This document shows, one piece after another, positions 40,678-53,589 of a stretch of 64,000 nucleotides of DNA. The notes under the pieces are model-generated. The model had not been told where the DNA came from, did no database searches, and saw only the letters and a program-made list of their open reading frames with translations. How positions within the stretch are numbered: the stretch's first letter is position 1; every line of letters starts with the position of its first letter. Origin of the DNA: Octopus sinensis (taxonomy: Eukaryota); contig NC_042999.1 in assembly GCF_006345805.1 (NCBI RefSeq), positions 5,332,001-5,396,000 on the forward strand, in the 5' to 3' direction. Made by a program: the position numbers and the translations under genes.

Positions 40678-40900
40678 AAGGCGGCGAGCGAGTGGAGTCG
40701 TTAGTACGCCAAGCATAACGCTTAGCGGCATTTCGTCCGTCTTCATATTTTGAGGTCAAATTCCGCCAAGGTCGACTTTGCCTTTCATCCTTGCATGGTC
40801 GATAAAATAAGTGCCAGCCGAGCACTGGGGTCGATGCAATTGACTTCCTCCTCCTTCTCCCCCCGAAATTGCTGGCCTTGTGCCAAAATTTGAAACCAAT
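40678..40900 (+). mobile_element. SINE family B, diverged
   Basis: Head and core follow a (TTA)n tract. Confidence 0.75.
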
Positions 40901-41669
40901 ATTATGGCTTATTCACTGATTCTAAACAAGAAACTACTTTTTGTTATTTTTTTTTAATAAAAAAAAGAACAACAGTTTCTTGTTTATAATCAATAATAGT
41001 CATATTTTTTATTGAATCAATCATTTATTCACAAAAAGATAAAGAATTAATACCATAAAAATAAGAAGTGAATTAGTTTTCACGCTCGAACAAAAAATGA
41101 GGTGGATCAATTTTTAATCAATTTTTGCAGCCACTGCTTTATTTTATTTTGAAAATCCATGCAAAAACAGGAATAAGTTTTAGAATTCTTTATCATTTTT
41201 GAAGTTCGCCAGACTTAGGGGCAAACCTATCGGGTAGCTGTTTTTTTTAAACCAAAAATGTCAATATTGTCTCATTCGTGTTTCACGGCTTCAAAAAAAC
41301 GAGAAGAGTTTGCACATTTTCGTCGAATAATTTTCTATCCTAAAATTCTTTATTGGAATCAAATCTGGATTCTGACTTGTCTAATTCTCAGAGATTTTTT
41401 TTTCTCTTACCATGTTTGGTGCAAGTATTGTACGGTTGAAAAATGGCTACTATGTTGTCATATTACTCCAGGAAAACCTTTTAAGATAATTTTTACAGGC
41501 TGACAAGTACAGCCCTTTCTTCCAAGGCAGTTATTGACAGTACCCCAGCCTCTGCAGATGACACGGTACTCTATCCCAGCACTGCATCTTCTCTATGCTT
41601 CATTGTTGTTGAAATACACTTGAGATGGAATATCAAACGAGTTCTGTGACGGTAATGTTCTCGGACAAC

Positions 41670-42520
41670 AAACCACAGAGTGGCGGAGTCGGAGACCTGC
41701 AAAATCTTGTGGGATTTCCCAATCCAAACGGACCAGGTGCTTGAGCACAAAAAACCAGACCTAATGGTGCTGGACAAAGTGAACCACATGTGCTCTATAA
41801 TTGATGATTCGTGTTCCTTTGATCCACGAATAGTCAAAAATCAAAGCGAGAAAACAGACATATACAATTCTCCTAAATATGAGATAGGTCTACTGTGGAA
41901 AATGAAGAAGGTGAAGATAGCGCCAATTATCGTTGGGTCTTTGGGGAAAATATCAGAAAGCATGAAGAGGAATGTAAGGGAAATCGGAATAGAGGGCCCA
42001 GTAGAGCTATTTCAAAAGGTTTGTCTCGTTGGTATGGCCAGGATCGTCAGGAAAGTATTGGAGAGTTGAAAAGAACAGACAACATGAGAACGTAGGTTGC
42101 AGGTAACAAACCCGCTACTCATACAAGAATCCAAGAGTTCCAACAAAATCTGAAGTCAAAGCTGGATTTAAAAAAATGTTACTGAAGTAATAAATGCAAG
42201 AGTTGTACCTGTAATTAGACATAGAGTTGGAATTGTTGACTGGACCAAAAACGACATGCAGAAACTCGACAGGAAAACGAGAACGCTGTTGAAAATGTAT
42301 GGAGCCCACCATCCGAAAACTGATATCAACCGGCTGTACTTGAAGAGAGAGCAGGGTGGAAGAGGCTTAATTGCCGTGGAAGAGTTTGTGCAGACGGAAA
42401 GAAGAAAGCCAAGTAAAATATTTACAGAACAACACAGAGAAACTACTAAAGACAGTGAATAAGGAACAGGTGATCAAGCGTGGAATTGGAGAAAAGGAGA
42501 AAAGAATGAAATTCAAAGAG
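41670..42520 (+). mobile_element. R4/Dong-type LINE fragments in permuted order
   Basis: The RLE domain (KILWDFPIQTD..KPDL..IID..PIIVGSLG) comes before an RT-thumb fragment (LDRKTRTLL..RLYLKREQGGRGL) that normally lies upstream. Confidence 0.75.
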
Positions 42521-42974
42521 AAGTTCAAATTTTATTCCCACCAACGCCGTCGTGAACGCTATATTATTTGTATGACGTGGAAAATATTCCAAAATCATTG
42601 CTCAAATAATTTTGGTATTAATTTTAAAATTCCCCCAAGGCTTGTTCCCCCCGCCATCCGCTCTCTACAATAATTATGTTCGCATTACATGACAACGCTA
42701 AGACAGAACTGTTTCACCTCAACTGGCCCTGCTCTCTTTAACACCATGCCAAGACACACAAGAGAAAGATATAATAGCATTCAATTTGTTCCTGATGAAT
42801 ATCTCCAATAAATTGCAAATAAACCACCTACGCTCGAATATATCTCTGCAAACAATGACTCTTAAGTTGAATAGCCTATGGCGACCAAAGAATGGCTGTA
42901 ATATGAAACAACATTAATTGTCTTTTCCCAGTGCCGCTAATCAGGCACAAATCTGGCTGCCAAAACAAACCCAC

Positions 42975-42975
<1 letters not shown>
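42520..42975 (+). mobile_element. Old CR1-type LINE 3' remnant
   Basis: YSHQRRRERYIICMTWKI, homologous to the C-terminus at ~14400. Confidence 0.7.
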
Positions 42976-43043
<68 letters not shown>

Positions 43044-43086
43044 GATAAATATCAAAGTGAGTTATATACAGTAGCGGTAACACATC

Positions 43087-43319
43087 GTGACGTATTTTTG
43101 CCATTTCAATATGGCTAACCCCTAAGGGTGGATGCTACTGTAGTTTTTAGCCCCAGGAGGACACACTCCTCCAGCTGGCCATAGACACACTATCTGTGTC
43201 CTGTGTCAGGACACAGATAGTGTGTCTATGGCCAGCTGGAGGAGTGTGTCCTCCTGGGGCTAAAAACTACAGTAGCATCCACCCTTAGGGGTTAGCCATA
43301 TTGAAATGGCAAAAATACG

Positions 43320-43323
<4 letters not shown>
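43087..43323. repeat. Perfect palindrome, 117-bp arms, 3-nt loop
   Basis: 43087-43203 is the reverse complement of 43207-43323; flanked by (TA)n. Confidence 0.95.
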
Positions 43324-43412
<89 letters not shown>

Positions 43413-44348
43413 CAAGGTGCGGTGAATATATTGTCGTCTAAAATAACACTGACATCTCATTTTAACAGATATAATTATCAAGATTACATAAAAACTATCT
43501 TGAAATAATAAAGTGTAAAATTATTTCAATAAAACCGCTATTGGATTCAACTACGGCCTCCAGCCAACTTCGGAATCTCCTGTAATTAAAATTTAAAATG
43601 AAGGTGAAAAATTGAATATTAATTTGATTAATATGAATTGAAAACCAGTGGTCTAGCATATTAAAATCTGAAGGTTCAGAAAATTATATTACATACATAC
43701 ACACATATATATATATATATGAGAGGGATGACAACAACGTGGACAGCCCTTATGCTAGAAGTACATCCGCTATGGTCTTACACTAAGAAATGTTCTCAAG
43801 AAAATTCAGCAAACGCCAGAACGTAATCGAGCAAGACAAATGAGAAATAACAAAACTATAGATTAATCATGGACATATTTCACTCTCAACATTTAAGTAA
43901 TTTTACTTACGCAATTTGTTCGTAGCTCCTCAGCATGGCCGTCATTGCAAATATAATTTTCGGAACTATACACGAGACGTCCGCATGAGACTGGACATGT
44001 ATACAGTTCTACAAATTACACTCTCGGATCACTGCTCTTTATTTTTCTTTGGTGCTCATTTCTAGTGGAGAGACGATGCTTACACTGTAAAGCCAGAAAG
44101 AAAAATGGCGCAACCAGGTTCAAACTTCGATCACGTGACCACAATAGTACCAACTATAATTACACATGCGCAGAAGGCAGTGTGACAATAATAATGATGT
44201 TTCGATGAAAGTGCGGATAATTTTTGACCTCCCCTTGTATATAGCCTCGGGAAAACCTTGTGATTGAATTTGGTAGACTGGAACAGAAAGAAGCCTATCA
44301 TATGTATATACATACATACACAAATGCGTCCGCACACCACATGTATAA

Positions 44349-44416
<68 letters not shown>

Positions 44417-45467
44417 GTTATATTTCGGAATGGTTTATTGCCAGTTTAGCCAATAAACACACGCACTATATATTTGGTGTATGTATGTAGATTTAGCCCA
44501 CAAACGACTGTAAAGCCAGAAATGTGGTCTATAGTATAAGATGTATAGAGGGACGATGCAGTAACAAGACGTAACAACAGTAAGATAGGAGGGGAAACTG
44601 CAAGAAGCATTGGTGAGCGGGTAATGAACATTGAGACAACTCAAGGAAGATAAAAGCTCATCGATTCTGTACCAACACGCCGAACAAGAACACGGGGGAT
44701 CAATCAATAACATAGAGATTAAGATATTGTCCACACATAGAACAGATGCAACAATTAGACAAATTACAGAAGCTACACATATAATAGAAAATAAACCTAG
44801 CCTGAATAGAAAACTAGAATGGAACAATAGCGCACACCACAAACCTATGACATAGTGGATGGATCTGCAAACATAATAAATACACAGGTAATTAAAGAAA
44901 TAGAAATGAATATCTATATATATGTATATGTGTATATAATGTATATGTATATGTGTATATATGTGTTGTATAGTATATATATATATATGTATAGTATATG
45001 TATGTATATATATACATGTATATGTATATTCTTTTTTTTTTTTTTTCTCGATTAGATTTATTATTATTATTACTAATATTGTCGTTATACATACATACAA
45101 GCATATGTAATGATAATAATGGGTGGATGTAAACACATGAACAAAATTAGAACAAAAGCACAACAACAAAAACAAAATACAAATTACAAGAATGTATATA
45201 ACCAAAGATACAAATATTACAGGCATCCCCCCACACACACCTAAATAAACATAGACGCACATAGAGATAAGCATGCGCAAATGAAGACATACAATAGAAA
45301 TACAAAATGGCTGACGGTTAGTAAGGAGAGACACAAGTAAGTGAGAAGAAAACAAAGGACCACTGATGCGGTACAGGAGTGTGACGAAAGAACTTTGGCC
45401 GAATAAGATTAAGATTAATGTAAAAAATAAATATCACTGAAGCAAAATAACACCAAATATATAGTGC

Positions 45468-48400
45468 GTGTGTTTTTATTGGCTAAACTGGCATATGACC
45501 ATTCCGAAATATAACAATATCTGTTTCAACACACGACTTCACATAAAAAATCTTGCACAACAAATATTTAAACGTACTAACGTGAGCCACAGCCAGGCTT
45601 GCAAGATGCTGAAGAACACTATATTTTGTTGCCTAAAGAAAACTGTGACAACGCAACAGCTTCGTTTTATAAAACAATGTGTCTCGTCCAGGATATGTAT
45701 CAACAAGGTCACAGCCAACGTTAAACGGCTTGACCTCACTAACGGACAAGCGGAAAGACTAAAAAGGACGCTAATGGTAAATATTAGAAATAGAATATAC
45801 AGAGAGCTGAGCGAACAAGAGAAGCGTAAACGTATATTTTTAAAAGAAATTAAAAGTATCACCACACGAAAGGAGAAAACCTTAATAATGGATATAATAT
45901 ATGAAGAAAACAGACATGTAATACACCAATGCAATATCCATTTTAAGAGGAAGTTATCGTGGTTGAAACAGAAACGTCAATATGAGCTCGCAAAGGAAGA
46001 AAAGCAGAAGTATCCAGATACAATAAATGGAATTATTATGGAAGATGTGCTACTACCAGAAGAGTTCAATAGAGACAATGAAGCGAACATCTATGGGGGA
46101 GTAACAACGGACCCAGATGAAATATCGATACTTCAACTACCACCAAAGTATGCAGTTATAGTAAAGTGAATACCATCAAATGCCTGTCCGAGATTGAAAA
46201 GTCGTTCACAAAAATACGTTGGAATTTAAATAGATACTATGACAACAACACTTGCGACAACAACAACAACGCGAAAAACACTAACCGCAGCAACAACAAC
46301 ACAAACAATAATGACCGCAACAATAACAACCGTAGCAACAAAAGCAACACGAACCCTAACAGCGGCAACAACAACAACAACACGAACCCTAACAGCGACA
46401 ACAACAATAACAATAGAAAAAATGTATGCATAGACACAAACAATAGATACAAAAACAAAAACACAAACAGAGAGAGAAAAATCGTATACAACAGCAACAA
46501 CAACAACAATTATAGGGAGAACCGACACACAAACACACACACAGATAGCCATAGTCACAAAGACACGAATAAAAGTTGTGTCATAGGGGTCACGATGGAG
46601 AATAAAGTTGAATGCAACAGGATCCTTGGACAGGGAGTCAGCGGACTTGAAACAGATAACAATACTCATAGGAACAAAAATAACGACCGCAACAGGGGAT
46701 TGACAGGGACCAACAGACAGACATAAAACCCAACACTAATATAAACAACACATATACCAGAAACAGGAACAATGAATATATCACTAGCGATGATAGTAAT
46801 AATGGCAATAGTAGGAATAAAGGTAATAACAATAATAGTGGTAGTAGTAGTGGTGATGGTAACAGTAGAAGTAGTAATGAGGATAGTAGTGATATTGTGG
46901 TGGTAATAGGAATACTAGTAGTAGTAGTAGTGGTAATGGTGATAATAATAATAGGAAGGCTGATGTTGGAAACAGTAACGATAATGAAGATAACCCTAGA
47001 GAGACCATTGACATGTATACCCATCCCTTTGACACTCAATTCTTCAACGTATGCGACAAAACTTACTGCATGAACCGAATTTATCCAACAACATTACCCT
47101 TCAACAAAAGGGTATACATCCCAAGACGTACTAATGACCACATGGAAGCACAGTTCACTATAGCTAGGACCAAACTTAGACAGATTTTAGGTTTATACAT
47201 TAAGAGACAGAGACAGAATAAGACAGATGCCCAACAACTAGGGATTAAACCTGCATGTGGCCTACAGAAGCTCATTCAGCGCACGAGGAACGGAGAGGTG
47301 ATATGCCTTCCCACGGATAAGTCCGGCAGGATGTCAATAGACAGCTTACCGAACTACATCCAGGCAATGCAACCTCATATCGCCAATACAAAAGTAACAA
47401 CTGTACAGGCGCATGAGGAGAGAGAAAAGGTCCTCAATGCCCACATGATGATGTGGACAATTGTTCTGGGACCTCAGAAACGTACTGCAAAGAATTTCCA
47501 AGCCTGGAACAATGATATCCCGGCACTGTATGGACTTCGCAAGGACCGTAAAGGTTTTACTGACCCTATAGCAGGACCACCAACAAGACCAGTCTGTGGA
47601 GCGAATATCGCTAGCAATTACAGAATCTCCTACTTCCTCTCAATGATCATACGCCCTATAATCAGGATGTCACCTGATGTATGTGACAGCACAGAAGATC
47701 TCCTAAGCAGGATCAGTGACTGTAACAAAACTTGTGACTTGACAGGATGTATAGTAGGTAGCATGGATGTGGTATCCCTATACCCATCGATTGACGTAGA
47801 TTTTGCAGTGGAGAAGTGCGTGGAGATGATCAACGAGAGCCAGGTGGAGTTCTGTAATGTCGACACAGAAGAACTGGGCCTCCTACTTAGACTGACATAT
47901 AATAGTGAATACTTAGATAAACAAATCTTAGTAGTTTCTGCCCCAGTAGATGTTTAAGAGGTAGACCGCCTACAATTACTTCTATGGCTAGGAAGACACA
48001 TATAGAAAGATGGCGCGGATGGACCAGAGCCATACGGAGCCCCGCAAATGTCCATCGGGTAAAGAAAATGATCGCACATGCACTAGGAGCTAGTATAAGA
48101 GTTACCCTAAAAGGCCACACATTTAAATTTAATAATAAAATATATGCCCAGGACGAGGGGGCAGCCATCGGTGTTAGTATCGCTGGTGATGTGGCCAACC
48201 TCTTCATGGTATGGTGGGACAGAAGGCTTAAAGAATGCCTACTGCAGTAATCCATACTCGTAAACATGTACTCTCGCTATGTTGATGATATCAATATAGT
48301 AGTAAGGCACCCCCACAAGAGAGTAATGTTGATATAGTAATAGAAACTAATACTATGGAGAGCATCCAGCAAATAGCTAACTCCATCCACCAGAGTATTA

Positions 48401-49420
48401 AGGTCACGTTAGACTACCCCACTAAACACCCCAACCATAGACTACCAGTACTAGACACTGAACTCTGGCTAGAAATTGTGAAAAATAAAACCCAAATCCT
48501 TCATTCATACTATGCAAAACCTATGGCCTCAAAATACCTGATCCACCGGAACTCAGCCATTGCGGGCAATGCCAAATTCAATATTTTGATGGCAGACCTC
48601 GTCAGAATAATGAGAAATGTGTCACGCATGTGCGAGCCTACAGAATTAAAGAGACACATACAGTATTTCATTCACCGCATGCAGTTCTCAGGTTACAGCC
48701 ATAAAGAAAGGATCAGAGTATACAAAGGAGCCATGAAGAAATTTGATAATATATTATGTAATGATAGGAATGGGATTTGCCCACTCTATAGGAACAAGTC
48801 ATGGAACACTATAGAAAGGACAAAAAAAAATAAGGAAGGCCAACTCTTGGTATGATAGCCATAAATACCAGAGTGTCATGTTCGTTGACACCACCCCTGG
48901 AGGTGAACTAGCGTACCGCTTTAGAAGGACCCTAGATAAACTTAAACTAAGAATTAAGGTTGTTGAAAAGCCAGGCAACCCTATCAGATCTATAATTGGT
49001 AGAAGCTATCCTTTTAGTAGAACTCTCTGTACGGATAACTATTGCACTGTATGTAGATTTAGCCCACAAACGAACTGTAAAGCCAGAAATGTGGTCTATA
49101 GTATAAGATGTATAGAGGACGATGCAGACGATACAGTAACAAGACAGTAACATACGTAGGGGAAACTGCAAGAAGCATTGGTGAGCGGGTGAATGAACAT
49201 TGGAGACAACTCAAGGAAGGTAAAAGCTCATCGATTCTGTACCAACACGCCGAACAAGAACACGGGGGATCAATCAATAACATAGAGATTAAGATATTGT
49301 CCACACATAGAACAGATGCAACAATTAGACAAATTACAGAAGCTACACATATAATAGAAAATAACCTAGCCTGAATAGAAAACTAGAATGGAGCAATAGC
49401 GCACACCACAACATATGACA
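45468..49420 (+). pseudogene. Penelope-like RT + GIY-YIG endonuclease polyprotein, frameshifted
   Basis: LQLPPKYAV, KIRW, PTDKSGR, LYGLRKDRK, TRPVC, SMDVVSLYPSI, QDEGAAIG, YSRYVDDI, LPVLD, YYAKPMAS, VMFVDTTPGGEL, C-x4-C-x2-C..C, NVVYSIRC, YVGETARS..ERVNEH, HAEQEH and, in the 5' copy, LNRKLEW. Confidence 0.9.
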
Positions 49421-49931
49421 ATAGTGGATCCTGCAAACATAATAAATACACAGGTAATTAAAGAAATAGAAATGAATATCTATATATATGTATGTGTATA
49501 TATATGTATATGTATATGTGTATATATGTGTGTATATGTATATATATATATATGTATATGTATATGTATGTATATATATATATATGTATATGTATATTCT
49601 TTTTTTTTTTTTTCTCGATTAGATTTATTATTATTATTACTAATATTGTTGTTATATACATACATACAAGCATATGTAATGATAATAATGGGTGGATGTA
49701 AACACATGAACAAAATTAGAACAAAAGCAACAACAACAAAACACAAAATACAAATTACAAGAATGTATATAACCAGAAGATACAAATATTACAGGCATCC
49801 CCACCCACACACACTAAATAAACATAGACGCACATAGAGATATAAGCATGCGCAAATGAAGACATACAATAGAAATACAAAATGGCTGACGGTTAGTAAG
49901 GAGAGACACAAGTAAGTGAGAAGAAAACAAA

Positions 49932-49976
49932 GGACCACTGATGCGGTCACAGGAGTGTGACGAAAGAACTTTGGCC
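49932..49976 (+). ncRNA. Hammerhead-like motif in the pLTR (variant core); second copy at 45357-45400
   Basis: ggacca-CUGAUGCG-gucac(aggagu)gugac-GAAA-g-aa-c-UU-uggcc; A9 is replaced by C in both copies. Confidence 0.55.
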
Positions 49977-50256
49977 GAAATAAGATTAAGATTAATGTAA
50001 AAAATATATCACTGAAGCAAAATAACACCAATATATAGTGCGTGTGTTTTTATTGGCTAAACTGGCAATATGACCATTCCGAAATATAACAATATCTGTT
50101 CAACAACATATCCCAAAAAAGAAAAACAAAAAAAAAAAATAAAATAAAATATAATAAAACCTATTCATAAAAATCTTGCACATAATATTATATATATATA
50201 TATATATATTATATATTAATATATATATATTATTATCTATATTATATATATATAGT

Positions 50257-50297
<41 letters not shown>

Positions 50298-50298
<1 letters not shown>

Positions 50299-50615
50299 TA
50301 GGAGCACTAGGAATGATCAAGAAGGGAACCGAAATTTATATGAGAATGATCCCTGGCTTACCATCCTGCAAGAAGTGCAAAAGATTGTCTTAATGGTACA
50401 TCACACGTATTGAGAAGAGCATTGTCGATGTGAGAACTGTTGCTGCTCATGTATTTTAATTTAATTTAACTTTAAAAAAAAAAAGAAAAAAAAATGAACG
50501 AACTACTGAGTTGGTTTAATGGCCTACCATGTATGCTATGAGTTTCTTTGCCCTAGGAGTCGGGAAGACACTCGGCAAGAAATGGAAGCAAATTTGAAAG
50601 AAGAAAAAAAAAAGT
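50298..50615 (+). mobile_element. R4/Dong-type LINE, extreme 3' end, between (TAA)n tracts
   Basis: IGALGMIKKG...EVQKIVL..SHVLRRAL followed by a 3' UTR. Confidence 0.6.
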
Positions 50616-50731
50616 AATAATAATAATAATAATAATATGAGGGAATATTATTCCAAACTTACAGGGAAAAATTCAATTTAAAAATACTAAATCAAATTTT
50701 ACCAAATATAATATATATATATATATAAATT

Positions 50732-50965
50732 AGAAAAAAAACCCCACCTTTTATCAATTCAATAATGAAAAATTAAATTATACCATCTAGAAAACTTACA
50801 TCTTATAGAAAGATTAAATATAAGATAAAACATATAACATTGATTAAGTAATGTGCAAAATAATAAATAAAACGTATATATTGGGAAGAATAACGACACG
50901 TAATTTTTCTAGATGGTAAAATTTAATTTTTCATTATTGAATTGATAAAAGGTGGGGTTTTTTCT
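50732..50965. repeat. Inverted repeat, ~67-bp arms, ~100-bp spacer
   Basis: agaaaaaaaaccccaccttttatcaattc...cttac / gtaa...gaattgataaaaggtggggttttttct. Confidence 0.85.
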
Positions 50966-51020
50966 GATATATATATATAAGTTAAAAGTAATGGTCATTA
51001 CATATAATTCCTTTATTGGA

Positions 51021-51150
51021 GCAAATTTGGCTTAGAGCTGTTTCCAGTAGTCATTATAGGTGCATTACATTTACTCAGTTGGTCTATTGATCGATTGAGG
51101 CAAATTGAACGACTTAAGAAAATCAATGCTACTTTCGTCAGAGCCATTGC
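51021..51150 (-). ncRNA. Degenerate hammerhead with extended stem II
   Basis: uggcu-CUGACGA-a-aguagcauug...(~65 nt)...uaaugacuacu-g-GAAA-cagcuc-UA-agcca; one stem III mismatch. Confidence 0.6.
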
Positions 51151-51356
51151 TGGAAATAACAAGAAGAGTACTTGAAGAATGGCCATTGTATGGGTAAGGT
51201 GGGGTAAGTTTGAGATGTTTAAGTAGAATAGGTGAAGGCAGGTTACAAGGGGGTGAGGGTAATTGAGGGAGTGGTACTAGGTAGAAGTAGCAGTTGTAGT
51301 AGTAGTAGTAGTAGTAGTAGAAGTAGTTGTAGAAGTAGGAGTATTGTGTGTGTGTG

Positions 51357-51393
<37 letters not shown>

Positions 51394-51402
51394 GTGGGGT
51401 GG

Positions 51403-52146
51403 GGGCGCAATGGCCCGGTAGTTACGGCAGCGGACTCGCGGTCGTAGGATCGCTGTTTCGTTGTGAGTGTATGTTGAGCGAAAACTCCTAAAGCTCCACG
51501 AGGCTCCGGCAGGGGGTGGGTGGCGAACCCTGCTGTTCTCTTTCACTACAACTTTCTCTCACTCTTACTTCCTGTTTCTGTTGTACCTGTATTTCAAGGG
51601 GCCGGCCTTGTCACTCTCTGTGTCACGCTGAATCTCCCCCGAGAACTACGTTTAGGGTACACGTGTCTGTGGAGTGCTTAGCCACTTGCACGTATTGGAC
51701 CCATGATCGTAAGATTGAGGTTTCGATTCCTGGACCAGGTGATGCATTGTGTTCTTGAGCGAAACACTTCAATTCACGTTGCTCCAGTTCACTCAGCTGA
51801 CAAAAAGAAATAACCCTGCGACAGACTAGTGTCCCTGGAAGCACTCCGTCGGTTACGACGACGAGGGTTCCGGTTGATCCGATCAACGGAACAGCCTGCT
51901 CGTGAAATTAACGTGTAAGTGGCTGAGCACTCCACAGACACGTGTACCCTTAACGTAGTTCTCGGGGATATTCAGCGTGACACAGAGAGTGACAAGGCCG
52001 GCCCTTTGAAATACAGGTACAACAGAAACAGGAAGTAAGAGTGAGAGAAAGTTGTGGTGAAAGAGTACAGCAGGGATCACCACCATCCCCTGCCGGAGCC
52101 TCGTGGAGCTTTAGGTGTTTTCGCTCAATAAACACTCACAACGCCC
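51403..52146. mobile_element. Inverted pair of SINE C copies with a central fragment
   Basis: 51460-51693 (+) and 51910-52140 (-) are near reverse complements. Confidence 0.8.
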
Positions 52147-52842
52147 GAAATGAACTTCCTGGCAGAGATTTGAAACCTCCACCTTTATTATGTCACCACT
52201 TCTAACACCTTACCCTAACACCAAAGCAGCAACCCTAGTGTCCCATCCAGGTGGGGAATATCAAACGCCATTGAAACCGGTAAACCGGCGCTTACGAGCC
52301 TGGCGTGGCTCGAGAAGGAAACATTTCTTCTTTTATTTTATTTCTATTGATCAATATCGATATATTTCATTTTTACTCCTACTTATAATCGTATATACGT
52401 TTGCACACTTTTACACATACATTTTGCAGGATTGCTCCATGTTTACATATTTTCTCTGAGCCTTCTTATTTTATTTTCGTTGAAACCATTTTCTAATTTT
52501 CAAATGCTTTATATTTTAAAAAGTATTAATATAATATATTTTTTATGTTTTTTTAATACATTTTATGTATGTGTTTATATACGCCCACGCAATTGTTTTT
52601 TCATTTTGTGCGTAGTTTTTGTATTTTTTACGCACCAACATTTTTTTTTGGGGTTTTCGTTTATTTATTTATTCTTTATACATTTTAATATTTACAGCAT
52701 TTCGATGCCTGTGGCTGTCAATTGATTCTCTTAACGGTGACGCCAAATCCTGTATTTTCTAATTTTCCTTCTCTTCCACTTGTCTTTCACTATTTCTTCG
52801 GCGCCAAAAGGCTGAGTTTATTGCCCTGTTTCTAAACCTTCT

Positions 52843-53206
52843 TATTTCCTTACTGCCCACAAGGGGCTACACACAGAGGGGACAAACAAGGACAGACAAA
52901 CGGATTAAGTCGATTATATCGACCCCAATGCGTAACTGGTACTTATTTAATCGACCCCGAAAGGATGAAAGACAAAGTCGACCTCGGCGGAATTTGAACT
53001 CAGAACGTAGCGGCAGACAAAATACCTATTTCTTTACTACCCACAAGGGGCTAAACACAGAGGGAACAAACAAGGACAGACAAATGGATTAAGTCGATTA
53101 TATCGACCCCAGTGCGTAACTGGTACTTATTTAATATTTAATGGCAGACGAAATACCGCTAAGCATTTCGCCCGGCGTGCTAACGCTTCTGCCAGCTCGC
53201 CGCCTT
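52843..53206 (-). mobile_element. SINE B, tandem/dimeric copy
   Basis: Two B1 tails and one head; flanked by a tttctaaaccttctta duplication (52829-52844, 53205-53220). Confidence 0.8.
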
Positions 53207-53589
53207 TCTAAACCTTCTTACCTCCCGTGTTCATTTTTGCTATCTCCGCTGCCCTTTCCTCCTATACCCAGATTCTTTCTCCCTTAGTTAATTCACATCT
53301 GTAAACACTTCCTGCGTTCTCCAATCAAATAGTGTCTCCCTGTTGGCAATGAATCTCATTGGTTATTTGATCTGCTATTTGCATCTACTATTTTATTATT
53401 AGTGAATCATTCACTCTTCCCCTTGCAGCGATACAAACAACTGCAGTTAATTAGATCTGAGGAAAAACTAAAGGGTGTTTTTATGTTACAAGTTATGTAA
53501 AGCATGTTAAATTTAGCTTGGAAACATATGTAGTTTTACTTTACCTTTTCTATTGCATACATTCTTTAATTTACAAATTTACATATATA

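Larger units (their letters stand above)
44412..50182 (+). mobile_element. Penelope-like retroelement (probably Naiad clade) with tandem pLTRs and an inverted 5' cap
   Basis: Direct repeats 44482-~45560 and 49048-~50182; 44412-44480 is the inverse of 45450-45520. RT and GIY-YIG lie between; (TA)n flanks on both sides. Confidence 0.92.

Noticed and set aside
46160-49380. Selenocysteine read-through, reported for some Naiad elements
   Set aside because: The TGA stops here (46167, 48853, 49372) arise from frameshifts and not at conserved Cys positions; the only in-frame stop seen is TAA.
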